This document shows, one piece after another, positions 1 through 8,881 of a DNA stretch of 39,506 nucleotides. The notes beneath the pieces are model-generated. The model ran no database searches, was not told the DNA's origin, and saw nothing but the letters and a program-made list of their open reading frames with translations. The position numbers and the translations under genes are program-made. How positions within the stretch are numbered: the first letter of the stretch is position 1; each line of letters begins with the position of its first letter. The DNA is from Candidatus Nomurabacteria bacterium RIFCSPHIGHO2_01_FULL_36_23 (lineage in GTDB: Bacteria; Patescibacteriota; Minisyncoccia; Phycocordibacterales; UBA9973), in NCBI GenBank assembly GCA_001786745.1, contig MFTF01000012.1, forward strand, positions 1-39,506. Reading direction: 5' to 3'.

Positions 1-278
1 GTAGAGTTTCTTTAGATAAAATAAACGGAAGCCTTGCTTCCGTTTTGCCCTCAGATGTAAAGCTTTTTTCTGAAAGCCAGGGAAGGATTTTAGTTTCTGT
101 AACTCCCAAAAACATGGTTTCGTTTGAAAAAATAATAAAAAAAATTTCTTATGTTAAAATGGGAAAAGTGGGAAAGAACGGAAAAGTTGTAATTAAAGAT
201 GGAAAAAATAAAATAGTAGAAACAGATGTTAAAAAATTGTATAAAATTTATCATAGTTTTTCAGAAAAAATGAAATGA
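1..278 (+). CDS. purL: Phosphoribosylformylglycinamidine synthase II, C-terminal part (runs off left edge)
   Basis: Frame is open from the window start; LFSESQGR-ILVSV is the PurL C-terminal motif; purQ lies downstream. Confidence 0.85.
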   Translation, partial: RVSLDKINGSLASVLPSDVKLFSESQGRILVSVTPKNMVSFEKIIKKISYVKMGKVGKNGKVVIKDGKNKIVETDVKKLYKIYHSFSEKMK

Positions 279-1936
279 AATTAGAAACAAAAAACTGCCA
301 AAACTGCAAAAATAACTTTGTCATTGAGCCGGATGATTTTGGATTTTATGAAAAAATGGATGTGCCAGTTCCAGAAAAATGCCCACAGTGTCGTCAACAA
401 TTACGTATGCTTTTTAGAAATTTTAAAACTCTCTATAAAAGGCCCTCAGATAAAAGTAAGAAAATGATTATTTCGATGTATAGTCCAGAGACAAGACTTC
501 CAGTTTATGACAGTGAAGAATGGTGGGGAGATGAATGGGACCCAATGGATTATGGAAAGGGGTTTGATTTTAAAAAACCGTTTTTTGAGCAATGGAAAGA
601 ACTTTTCAATACTGTTCCTCATCCCGCTCTTATGAACACGCGGAGTATTAGTTGTGAATATTCAAACATGACTATTGATGCAAAAAATTGTTATCTCGTT
701 TTTGGTTGTGTGGAAGATGAGGATTGTGATTATGGACACATTGTATGGAATTGTCGAGATTCCATAGACAATTTATACCTATTTAAATGTGAATCTTGTT
801 ATGAATGTATTGATTGTCTGGGGTCTGCTAAACTTTTTTATGCGCAAGAATGCGAAAGTTGTGTAGATAGTGTAGGTCTTTTTGACTGCAGAAATTGTTT
901 AAATTGTATTGGTTGTGTCGGACAGATAAATAAATCTTATTGTATTTTTAATAAACCAGTTACCAAAGAAGAATACAAGGAGTTTTTATCAAATTACCCA
1001 TTGAATGAAAAATCAAGTATTGATTATATTTTGAAAGAGAGAGATGCTTTACGTAAAAAACATCCCCAGCGCTCTTTTTTTGGCTCTCACAATAATAATG
1101 TTTCTGGCAACCATATATATAATGCACATAATATACACCATTCTTTTGATATTAAAAATGGAGAAAATTCAAAATTTTGTTTTACTATACGAAAAACTAT
1201 TGATACACAGGATGCATCTTTTTCTACTGAACTTTCAGAATGTTATCAAGCCCTAACTATGTTAGACAGTAATAAAGTAATTGGGTCTCAACAAATAGTT
1301 GATTCACATAATATTTATTATTCCGAACTTTGTTATAGCTCAAATGAATTGTTTGGATGTTGTGGCTTACGTAAAAAATCTTATTGTATTTTAAATAAGC
1401 AATACACAAAAGAAAAGTATATGGAACTTAAAGAAAAAATTGTTAATTATATGAAAAAAACTGGCGAATGGGGAAACTTTTTTCCAAGTTTTCTAAGTCC
1501 ATTTTCTTATAATGAATCTATCGCTAATGAATATATGCCACTAAATAAAGAAGAAGCTTTAGATCAAGGTTTTTTATGGAAAGATAATATTCCAAGTACT
1601 AAGGGGCAAGGAACCATTAAATATGATAATTTACCAAACACTCCTGAAGAATATAGTAGAGAACTTTTAAAAGAAGTATTAACATGTAAAAATTGTAATA
1701 AAAATTATAAATTAATTAACAGAGAAATAAACTTTTATAAGAAAAATAAGTTATTGATACCATCCCAATGCTTTAATTGCAGACATGAAACTAGAATGAA
1801 TAAGAGGAACAGACGAAAACTCTGGGATGCAAATTGTGCTAAATGTAACACAGTTATAAAAACATCCTATAAACCTGAAGATCAGAAAATTTACAAAATT
1901 TACTGCGAAAAATGTTATCAACAAGAAATTTATTAG
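275..1936 (+). CDS. Cys-rich hypothetical protein with multiple CxxC zinc ribbons (longest paralog in window)
   Basis: 553 aa; N-term KNCQNCK..CPQCR, central Cys repeats, C-term YCEKCYQQEIY; paralogs at 10381 and 23948. Confidence 0.85.
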   Translation: MKLETKNCQNCKNNFVIEPDDFGFYEKMDVPVPEKCPQCRQQLRMLFRNFKTLYKRPSDKSKKMIISMYSPETRLPVYDSEEWWGDEWDPMDYGKGFDFKKPFFEQWKELFNTVPHPALMNTRSISCEYSNMTIDAKNCYLVFGCVEDEDCDYGHIVWNCRDSIDNLYLFKCESCYECIDCLGSAKLFYAQECESCVDSVGLFDCRNCLNCIGCVGQINKSYCIFNKPVTKEEYKEFLSNYPLNEKSSIDYILKERDALRKKHPQRSFFGSHNNNVSGNHIYNAHNIHHSFDIKNGENSKFCFTIRKTIDTQDASFSTELSECYQALTMLDSNKVIGSQQIVDSHNIYYSELCYSSNELFGCCGLRKKSYCILNKQYTKEKYMELKEKIVNYMKKTGEWGNFFPSFLSPFSYNESIANEYMPLNKEEALDQGFLWKDNIPSTKGQGTIKYDNLPNTPEEYSRELLKEVLTCKNCNKNYKLINREINFYKKNKLLIPSQCFNCRHETRMNKRNRRKLWDANCAKCNTVIKTSYKPEDQKIYKIYCEKCYQQEIY

Positions 1937-1968
1937 TATTCTACAATTCGTTAGAATTATAGAATAGA
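1934..1968. repeat. 35-bp AT-rich hairpin repeat, copy 1
   Basis: TATTCTACAATTC-GTTA-GAATTATAGAATA stem; reverse complement matches 31611-31645 at 31/35. Confidence 0.7.
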
Positions 1969-1974
1969 TAAATT

Positions 1975-2787
1975 ATGAAAAAGAAACCGAAAATAATAAT
2001 AATGTCTGGCTATGGGCTCAATTGCGAAGAAGAAACAAAATTCGCTTTTGAGACTGCTGGGGGAAGTGCGGACATTGTGCATATCAATGACCTAATAGCT
2101 AAACCGAAAATACTATTTCAATATCAGATTTTGGCTTTCCCGGGAGGATTTTCTTATGGAGATGACACTGGTAGCGGAAAAGCCTACGCCAATAAATTTA
2201 AAAATCACTTGACGAAAGAACTAGAGGAATTTTTATCTCGTAATACTTTGGTCATAGGTATTTGTAATGGTTTTCAAATTATGACTAATTTAGGAATTCT
2301 GCCCGGCGCGTTGACATACAATAAAAACGGTAAATATCTTGACCGCTGGGTTGATTTAAAAATTCTCTCTCCTGTTGGGGGAGGGAAAGGGAGGAGGTTA
2401 AGTCCATGGCTGAAGGGAATTAAAAAAATATCTCTCCCGATAGCCCATGGTGAAGGACATTATGTTATTAATTCTAAAAAATACCCCGAAGGAAAGAGTA
2501 TTTCCGACGGAGCAGGCAGAAAAATGAAAAAAAGTGGAGAGATAGCTTTCAAATATATAAAAGGGGAAATTTGTAAATTTCAGAATCTTGAAAAAAATCC
2601 AAATGGTTCGGATTATGATATTGCCGGAGTTTTAGCTTATAATAGCAGAGTGCTCGGTATGATGCCCCATCCAGAGCGCGCGATATTTTCTCATCAGAGT
2701 CCGATATGGTATCAAAATAAGAAAGTGTCTAAAGAGGGAAAAGGACTGCAAATTTTTAAAAACGCAATTAATTATTTTAGACAATGA
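1975..2787 (+). CDS. purQ: Phosphoribosylformylglycinamidine synthase I (glutaminase subunit)
   Basis: PGGFSYGD, GICNGFQ, PIAHGEG, GMMPHPER motifs. Confidence 0.97.
   Translation: MKKKPKIIIMSGYGLNCEEETKFAFETAGGSADIVHINDLIAKPKILFQYQILAFPGGFSYGDDTGSGKAYANKFKNHLTKELEEFLSRNTLVIGICNGFQIMTNLGILPGALTYNKNGKYLDRWVDLKILSPVGGGKGRRLSPWLKGIKKISLPIAHGEGHYVINSKKYPEGKSISDGAGRKMKKSGEIAFKYIKGEICKFQNLEKNPNGSDYDIAGVLAYNSRVLGMMPHPERAIFSHQSPIWYQNKKVSKEGKGLQIFKNAINYFRQ
2484..2516 (+). repeat. 33-bp hairpin element in frame in purQ (PEGKSISDGAG)
   Basis: CCCCGAAGGAAAGAGTATTTCCGACGGAGCAGG; closely resembles 10335-10368. Confidence 0.75.
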
Positions 2788-2898
2788 GAAACGAAATTAT
2801 ATTTTTACTGCCGTCGCATAATTTTCTGCTGAAAATTTGCTCATTCTCGAACCGTCGTTCTGCGAAAGACGGCATTAAAAGCATAATTCCGTTTCTCA
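2785..2898. mobile_element. MITE-like 114-bp element with long terminal inverted repeats
   Basis: 2786-2815 vs reverse complement of 2868-2897 match 26/30; fills the purQ-purF gap. Confidence 0.55.
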
Positions 2899-2904
2899 AA
2901 ATAT

Positions 2905-4335
2905 ATGCATAATGACCTGAATGAAAAATGCGCAGTTTTTGGAATTTTCGGAAATAAATCTTCTAAAACAGAAATAGCCAGAAAAACATATTTCGGATTA
3001 TTTGCTCTGCAACATCGCGGACAAGAACATTCGGGGATTGCCACCACTGACGGTAAAAAAATTCATCTTTATAAAGATGGCGGACTTGTAAGTCAAATTT
3101 ACACCGAAGAACTTCTTGCCAAGCTTCCGGGTTTTGCGGCTATCGGACACAATCGCTATTCTACATCTTCCGGACTTGAAGTTGAATATGCGCAACCCTT
3201 TCTTTACGATAATCTTTTTGCCTTGGGGCATAATGGTAACCTTCCAAGCACAAAAGTATTAATAGATTTTTTAAAAAGCAACAATGAAATAACAGAAAAT
3301 TATTCTGATTCGCGACTAATGACGGAAACTATCGGTGTCTATATGAAAAAGGGCGACTCATTACCAGATGCTGTCGAAAAAGCTTATCCGCTTTTTACCG
3401 GCGCATTTTCTTGCGTGGCTCTTGGGCTTGACACTATGGTTGCTTTTCGCGATCCTTGCGGTATTCGACCATTGGTCTTAGGAAAAAAAGAAAATCAAAT
3501 CATAGTATCTTCTGAAACTTGCGCGCTGGAAACCATCGGGGCAAAATTTATCCGCGAAATTAAACCAGGAGAAATGATTATTGTCACAAAAAATGGTAAA
3601 AAAAATAAAGTGCAAAGCAGGCAACTGGCAAAAGCAAAACCGCGGCTTGATATTTTTGAATTTGTTTATTTTGCGCGTTATGACAGTGTTCTCGCCGGCA
3701 AATCTGTATATGAAGTAAGAAAAAATTTAGGCAAGATGCTTGCTCGCCAGAATAAAAAGGAGAATAAAGTAAATGTTGATATGATTATACCAATTCCAGA
3801 AACGGCTATTTCAGCGGCTATCGGTTACGCCGAAGAATCCGATATACCGTTTGAAATGGGAATTTCTAAGAACCGCTACATCAATCGAACATTTATCGAA
3901 CCAACCCAAGATGTGCGTGAAGAAAAAGTAAAATTAAAATTAACTCCGCTTTCCAATGTTATCCGAGGTAAAAAAATCGCAGTGATGGACGATTCAATTG
4001 TTCGCGGAACAACAAGCAAGCAAATCGTAAAAATGCTTTTTGACGCCGGAGCGAAAGAAGTGCATTTTTTGGTAAGTTCAGCTCCGATACGATTTCCAGA
4101 TTTTTATGGTATTGACACTCCCAATCAAACTGAGCTTATTGCTTCAAAAAAAACAATAAAAGAAATTTGTAAATTTTTAGGAGCAACTTCTCTTTCTTAT
4201 TTATCAATTGATAGTATGGTAGCCGCTACGGGACTGCCCAAAAAACATTTGTCGCTTTCTTCTTTTGATGGAGTTTATCCAATTGACATACACGAACGAA
4301 AAAAAGAGATAAATTATGATGTTCCCAAAGACTAA
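2905..4335 (+). CDS. purF: Amidophosphoribosyltransferase
   Basis: Propeptide then catalytic Cys (EKCAVFG), LQHRGQE, GHNRYST, DDSIVRGTT. Confidence 0.97.
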   Translation: MHNDLNEKCAVFGIFGNKSSKTEIARKTYFGLFALQHRGQEHSGIATTDGKKIHLYKDGGLVSQIYTEELLAKLPGFAAIGHNRYSTSSGLEVEYAQPFLYDNLFALGHNGNLPSTKVLIDFLKSNNEITENYSDSRLMTETIGVYMKKGDSLPDAVEKAYPLFTGAFSCVALGLDTMVAFRDPCGIRPLVLGKKENQIIVSSETCALETIGAKFIREIKPGEMIIVTKNGKKNKVQSRQLAKAKPRLDIFEFVYFARYDSVLAGKSVYEVRKNLGKMLARQNKKENKVNVDMIIPIPETAISAAIGYAEESDIPFEMGISKNRYINRTFIEPTQDVREEKVKLKLTPLSNVIRGKKIAVMDDSIVRGTTSKQIVKMLFDAGAKEVHFLVSSAPIRFPDFYGIDTPNQTELIASKKTIKEICKFLGATSLSYLSIDSMVAATGLPKKHLSLSSFDGVYPIDIHERKKEINYDVPKD

Positions 4336-4870
4336 AAAAAAATTAGTACTTATGGTTCATGAAGGAAGTAGCCAAACGAACCTCAAAGCAATACAAAAGG
4401 CAATTAATGATGGTAAAATAAATGCTGAAATTTCCGCAGTAATTTCTGACAGTGAAGATGCGATACCGATAATAAAAAAGATGCCACCAGACTATATATG
4501 TCTCGCTGGATGGAAGAAAATTATTTCTAATGAACTTATTCAAAAATATGAGAATAGAATCTTGAATATACATCCAGGCTTAATTCCAGATACAACAGAT
4601 GGAAATGTATTAAATCCCGACAACACAGAAACCATATGGAATAAAGGTATGTATGGAAACAAAGCCATTCAAAATTTTTTAGACCAAAAAGCAACCTTTG
4701 CCGGCTCTTCCATCCATTTTTTAACTTTAAACTTTGATTTTGGACCAGTTTTGGGTAGAACTTTTGAAAAAATTGAAACTGGTGACACTATTGAATCTCT
4801 GTACTTAAGATTAAAGAAAAAAGAAAACCAGCTATATGTGGAAGTTTTAGAAAAATTATGTCAAAAATAA
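4316..4870 (+). CDS. purN: Phosphoribosylglycinamide formyltransferase (divergent)
   Basis: CLAGW, LNIHPGLIP, GSSIHF..DFGPV; pur operon context. Confidence 0.85.
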   Translation: MMFPKTKKKLVLMVHEGSSQTNLKAIQKAINDGKINAEISAVISDSEDAIPIIKKMPPDYICLAGWKKIISNELIQKYENRILNIHPGLIPDTTDGNVLNPDNTETIWNKGMYGNKAIQNFLDQKATFAGSSIHFLTLNFDFGPVLGRTFEKIETGDTIESLYLRLKKKENQLYVEVLEKLCQK

Positions 4871-6174
4871 TGCAAGTTAACAAACAAAAAATTTTAATAA
4901 TTGGCGGAGGGGGAAGAGAACATGCGATAGGATGGAAGGTCACGCAATCGCCACGGGTTGGACAGATTTTTTTCGCGCCGGGAAATGCAGGTACAGCAGA
5001 TATTGGAACGAATGTTCCCATTTCTGCTACTGATATTTCTAAACTTGTAGAATTTGCAAAAAAAGAAAAAATCGATTTAACTTTAGCAATACCCGATGAC
5101 CCGCTTGCGCTCGGCATAGTGGATGAATTCCAAAAAGCGAAACTGCGAATTTGGGGCCCGACCAAAGTAGCCGCGCAACTTGAATGGTCAAAAGTATTTT
5201 CTAAAGATTTTATGCGCCGGCATAATTTGCCGACCGCAGAGTTTGAGATTTTTGATAATTTTAAAAAAGCAAAAGAATATGTCGCAAAACAATCTCTCCC
5301 GATTGTTATTAAAGCAAGCGGACTCGCTTTAGGTAAGGGCGTAATTATTTGCCCAACACAGGAAGAAGCAAACGAAGCGCTTGAAAATATATTGGTGAAA
5401 AAAGTTTTTGGAAATTCTGGCAACCAAGTTGTGATAGAAGAATTCATGACTGGACCAGAAATTTCCATACACGCATTTTCTGATGGCAAAAATTATAAAA
5501 TGTTTCCGCCATCGCAAGATCATAAAAAAATTGGCGAGAATGATACGGGTCTTAATACTGGCGGTATGGGCACGATTGCCCCATTGCCATTTGTGAGCGA
5601 AGTTATGATGAATAAAATAGAAAAGGAAATAGTTGCTCCAACATTAAAAACAATGAGAAATGATGGGATACCATTTGAAGGTCTTTTATATCCCGGTTTA
5701 ATGCTTACAAAAGATGGTCCTAAAATTTTAGAATACAATGCCCGTTTTGGCGATCCGGAAACACAAACTTATATGAGGTTACTAGACACCGATTTATTAG
5801 ATATTGTCGATAGCTGCATTGATGGCACATTGGAAAAATTGGAGATAAAATGGAAATCCCTTTCGGCTTGCACGATAGTATTGGCTTCCGATGGTTATCC
5901 AGAAAATTATAAAAAGGGGGAAATAATTTTGGGAATTGAAGAAGCAGAAGCACAATCTGACATTATTGTATTTCATGCTGGCACGAAATTGGATGATAAA
6001 AGCAATCTTGCGACAAATGGCGGACGAGTGTTGGGAGTTTCAGCTACAGGCAATACACTAAAAGAAGCACTCACAAAAGCTTATAAAGCCATAGAAAAAA
6101 TTTCATTTGAGGGTATGCAATTCAGGAGAGATATAGGCAAAAAAAACGCTTGCCCAGCAGTAGAGATTTTATAA
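4858..6174 (+). CDS. purD: Phosphoribosylamine-glycine ligase
   Basis: IGGGGREHA, PGNAG, KASGLALGKGV, NTGGMG, EYNARFGDPE, TNGGRVL. Confidence 0.97.
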   Translation: MSKIMQVNKQKILIIGGGGREHAIGWKVTQSPRVGQIFFAPGNAGTADIGTNVPISATDISKLVEFAKKEKIDLTLAIPDDPLALGIVDEFQKAKLRIWGPTKVAAQLEWSKVFSKDFMRRHNLPTAEFEIFDNFKKAKEYVAKQSLPIVIKASGLALGKGVIICPTQEEANEALENILVKKVFGNSGNQVVIEEFMTGPEISIHAFSDGKNYKMFPPSQDHKKIGENDTGLNTGGMGTIAPLPFVSEVMMNKIEKEIVAPTLKTMRNDGIPFEGLLYPGLMLTKDGPKILEYNARFGDPETQTYMRLLDTDLLDIVDSCIDGTLEKLEIKWKSLSACTIVLASDGYPENYKKGEIILGIEEAEAQSDIIVFHAGTKLDDKSNLATNGGRVLGVSATGNTLKEALTKAYKAIEKISFEGMQFRRDIGKKNACPAVEIL

Positions 6175-6190
6175 AAGTCTCACTGCTGGG
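6149..6190 (-). repeat. 42-bp hairpin element overlapping the purD stop
   Basis: GCCCAGCAGT(A)GAGATTTT-AT-AAAAGTCTC-ACTGCTGGGC; ends GGGCAAG on the minus strand. Confidence 0.6.
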
Positions 6191-6227
6191 CTTGCATTGT
6201 AAGCATAAATTAAAGTAATATAAATAT

Positions 6228-6746
6228 ATGAAAAAAAATGCAAAAATTGGCATAATTATGGGTTCCGATTCTGATCTTGCGGTGATGGCTGAAGCGGGAA
6301 CAATTCTCGAGGAATTTAGCGTGTCTTATGAAATTACCGTCATCTCAGCGCACAGAAGTCCTGAATTAGCGCATAAATACGTTAAAAATGCTAAAAATCT
6401 AGGACTAAAAGTTATCATCGCTGGAGCGGGCGGAGCGGCGCATTTAGCTGGAGTAGCGGCATCTTTAACCACCCTGCCCGTTATTGGTATTCCAATTAAA
6501 ACAAAAAGTTTGGATGGGCTTGATTCGCTCCTTTCTACCGCGGGAATGCCTCCGGGAGTGCCAGTAGCAACTGTTGGAATAAACGCTGGCAAAAATGCAG
6601 GATTGTTAGCTATTCAAATACTTGCAATAAACAATAAAAATTTAGAAAATAAATTAATTGTTTATAAAGAAAAAATGAGTAAAGAAATAGAAATAAAAGG
6701 TGAAAAACTTTCAAAAATTGGTTATAAAAAATACTTAGATAAATAA
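6228..6746 (+). CDS. purE: N5-CAIR mutase
   Basis: [35 protein letters not shown]. Confidence 0.97.
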   Translation: MKKNAKIGIIMGSDSDLAVMAEAGTILEEFSVSYEITVISAHRSPELAHKYVKNAKNLGLKVIIAGAGGAAHLAGVAASLTTLPVIGIPIKTKSLDGLDSLLSTAGMPPGVPVATVGINAGKNAGLLAIQILAINNKNLENKLIVYKEKMSKEIEIKGEKLSKIGYKKYLDK

Positions 6747-6754
6747 AATAAAAT

Positions 6755-7915
6755 ATGAGTGAATTAACCAAGAAAAAGATTTATTCTCGAGATGGAGTTG
6801 ATGTAGAAGAAGAATCTTTGTTTAGTAGTTTTGCCGGATCTATCTGTAAAACCAGTTATAAAAATTCCCCATTCGTAAAAATTCACGATTTTTCTGAAGG
6901 AAATTTCCGCGGTCCACGGCCTTTTACTTTTAAAAATCTACCAAAGGGATATTTTATTGAAGCATCTACTGACGGTATTGGCACTAAGGGTATAATTATA
7001 GATGCGGCCAAAACACATCATTTAGCAGCCTATGACATTATTGCTATGACGGCGAGCGATGTCACGCGCTTTGGCGGTATTCCTTTAGTTTTTGTGAATG
7101 TTTTTGATACAACTTCAATAGGGAATAAGGGTGATAAAATCAGTAAAATTTATAAAAGTGTAATTTCCGGTTTAGGAAATGTGGTAAAAAAAGAAAAAAT
7201 TGTAATCCTAAAAGGAGAAACAGCGCAAATGGGAGACGCAATAGGGTCGGAAATAAAAGATTCTAAAACTAAATTAAATTGGTCGGGTACAATGATCGGC
7301 GCTTATCATAAAAATAAAATGATTACCGGAAAAAAATTAGCGCCGGGACAAATAATCATCGCTCTAAAAGAAAACGGATTTCGTTGTAATGGAATAAGTT
7401 CGGTACGCAAAGCTCTGAGAATAAAATTCGGTAAAAAATGGTGGAAAAATTTAAAAGCCAAAGAAAGCGTAAAACAGGCCGCTACTCCGTCTGTGCTTTA
7501 TGATAGTTTTATTAACACGATTCATGGCTGGTTTAATAAAGATTTTAAGCCAGAAATTCCTATTCACTCTATAATTCATTTGTCCGGCGGAGCTTTCAGG
7601 GAAAAATTGGCAAAAGATATTCTTTTCCCAAGAAAACTTTCAGCGGAACTTTTTGCTTTATGGGAACCACCCAAAATTATGAAAAAATGCGCCGAGTGGC
7701 GTAAAATAGAAGATGAAGAGTTTTATGAAGTTTGGCATGGAGGACAAGGTATGTTATTAATAGTAGATGAAAAAAATGCTCTCTATTGCATTAAAAGAGC
7801 GAAGGATTTTGGCATCAAAGCGAAAATTGCAGGTAAAATTATTAAAATAAAAAATCCGCAAGTTTCTATAATTTCCAAATTAACAGTCGGTAAAAAAATT
7901 ATTTATAATTATTAG
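6755..7915 (+). CDS. purM: AIR synthetase (divergent)
   Basis: YSRDGVD, STDGIGTK, GETAQMG, GFRCNG, HLSGG. Confidence 0.9.
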   Translation: MSELTKKKIYSRDGVDVEEESLFSSFAGSICKTSYKNSPFVKIHDFSEGNFRGPRPFTFKNLPKGYFIEASTDGIGTKGIIIDAAKTHHLAAYDIIAMTASDVTRFGGIPLVFVNVFDTTSIGNKGDKISKIYKSVISGLGNVVKKEKIVILKGETAQMGDAIGSEIKDSKTKLNWSGTMIGAYHKNKMITGKKLAPGQIIIALKENGFRCNGISSVRKALRIKFGKKWWKNLKAKESVKQAATPSVLYDSFINTIHGWFNKDFKPEIPIHSIIHLSGGAFREKLAKDILFPRKLSAELFALWEPPKIMKKCAEWRKIEDEEFYEVWHGGQGMLLIVDEKNALYCIKRAKDFGIKAKIAGKIIKIKNPQVSIISKLTVGKKIIYNY

Positions 7916-7921
7916 AATAAA

Positions 7922-8881
7922 ATGAATATAGAAAAAATAAAAGAACATATCGATGATGTTTTAATAGAAACAAATTTTCTGGAACTCGGCGAAAAAAGGG
8001 TCGGAAAAGTCCGGGATATTTATGTTAAACCCGACCATATTACGCTTATTTCTACCGACAGGCACTCTTCTTTTGACAGAATTATCGCCTATGTGCCTTT
8101 TAAGGGCGAAGTATTAAATCAAATTAGTTTGTTTTGGTTTGAGAAAACAAAAGACATAATCCAAAATCATGTTTTAAGCAGTCCCGACCCAAATGTGGTT
8201 AAGGTGAAAAAATGCAAACCGCTCCCGATTGAATGCGTAATGCGCGGGTATATCACTGGCGTGACTTCCACCTCCCTTTGGATGCATTACAAAAACGGCA
8301 AACGGGATTTTGGCGATTTTACTTTGCCCGAGGGACTTAAAAAAAATCAAAAATTAGCCGAATCTGTTTTCACTCCGACCACAAAATCAGATGAACATGA
8401 CAGGTCAGTAACTCTTAAAGAAATTGTATCTGAAAAATTGCTTTCGCAAGAAATGACAGAAAAAATAGAACGAACAGCCAAGGCATTATTTAAAAGGGGA
8501 CAGGAGATAGCGCTCTCTTGTGGACTTATATTGGTGGACACAAAATATGAATTCGGATTAGATAAAGATGAAAAACTTACCCTCATTGATGAAATTCATA
8601 CGCCAGATTCATCGCGTTATTGGAAAATGGCAAGCTATGATGAACGTTTCAATAAAAATGAAGAACCGGAATATTTTGATAAAGAATTCCTGCGCTTGTG
8701 GTTTAAGGATAATTGCGACCCCTATAAAGACAAAACGCTTCCAAAAGCTCCGCCGCATCTTGTGGCTGAACTTTCTCGCCGATATATTGAGATATATGAA
8801 ACAATAACAGGTAAAAAATTTGATCATGATTTTTCACAGCTAATAATAGAAAGAATTAAAAATAATTTGTCTAAAAATTAA
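7922..8881 (+). CDS. purC: SAICAR synthetase
   Basis: GKVRDIY, TDRHSSFD, DTKYEFG, DEIHTPDSSRYW. Confidence 0.97.
   Translation: MNIEKIKEHIDDVLIETNFLELGEKRVGKVRDIYVKPDHITLISTDRHSSFDRIIAYVPFKGEVLNQISLFWFEKTKDIIQNHVLSSPDPNVVKVKKCKPLPIECVMRGYITGVTSTSLWMHYKNGKRDFGDFTLPEGLKKNQKLAESVFTPTTKSDEHDRSVTLKEIVSEKLLSQEMTEKIERTAKALFKRGQEIALSCGLILVDTKYEFGLDKDEKLTLIDEIHTPDSSRYWKMASYDERFNKNEEPEYFDKEFLRLWFKDNCDPYKDKTLPKAPPHLVAELSRRYIEIYETITGKKFDHDFSQLIIERIKNNLSKN

Noticed and set aside
1975-2787. Alternative genetic code (TGA=Gly as in Gracilibacteria)
   Set aside because: Conserved genes such as purQ, purL and trpS end in TGA at expected positions and have no internal TGA.
2841-3047. 68-aa minus ORF with CSCPRCC
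   Set aside because: Antisense to purF and the IR element; the cysteines derive from conserved purF codons.
4788-5489. 233-aa antisense ORF and other short overlapping ORFs in the track
   Set aside because: Shadows of well-supported genes on the opposite strand or frame; no recognisable motifs.
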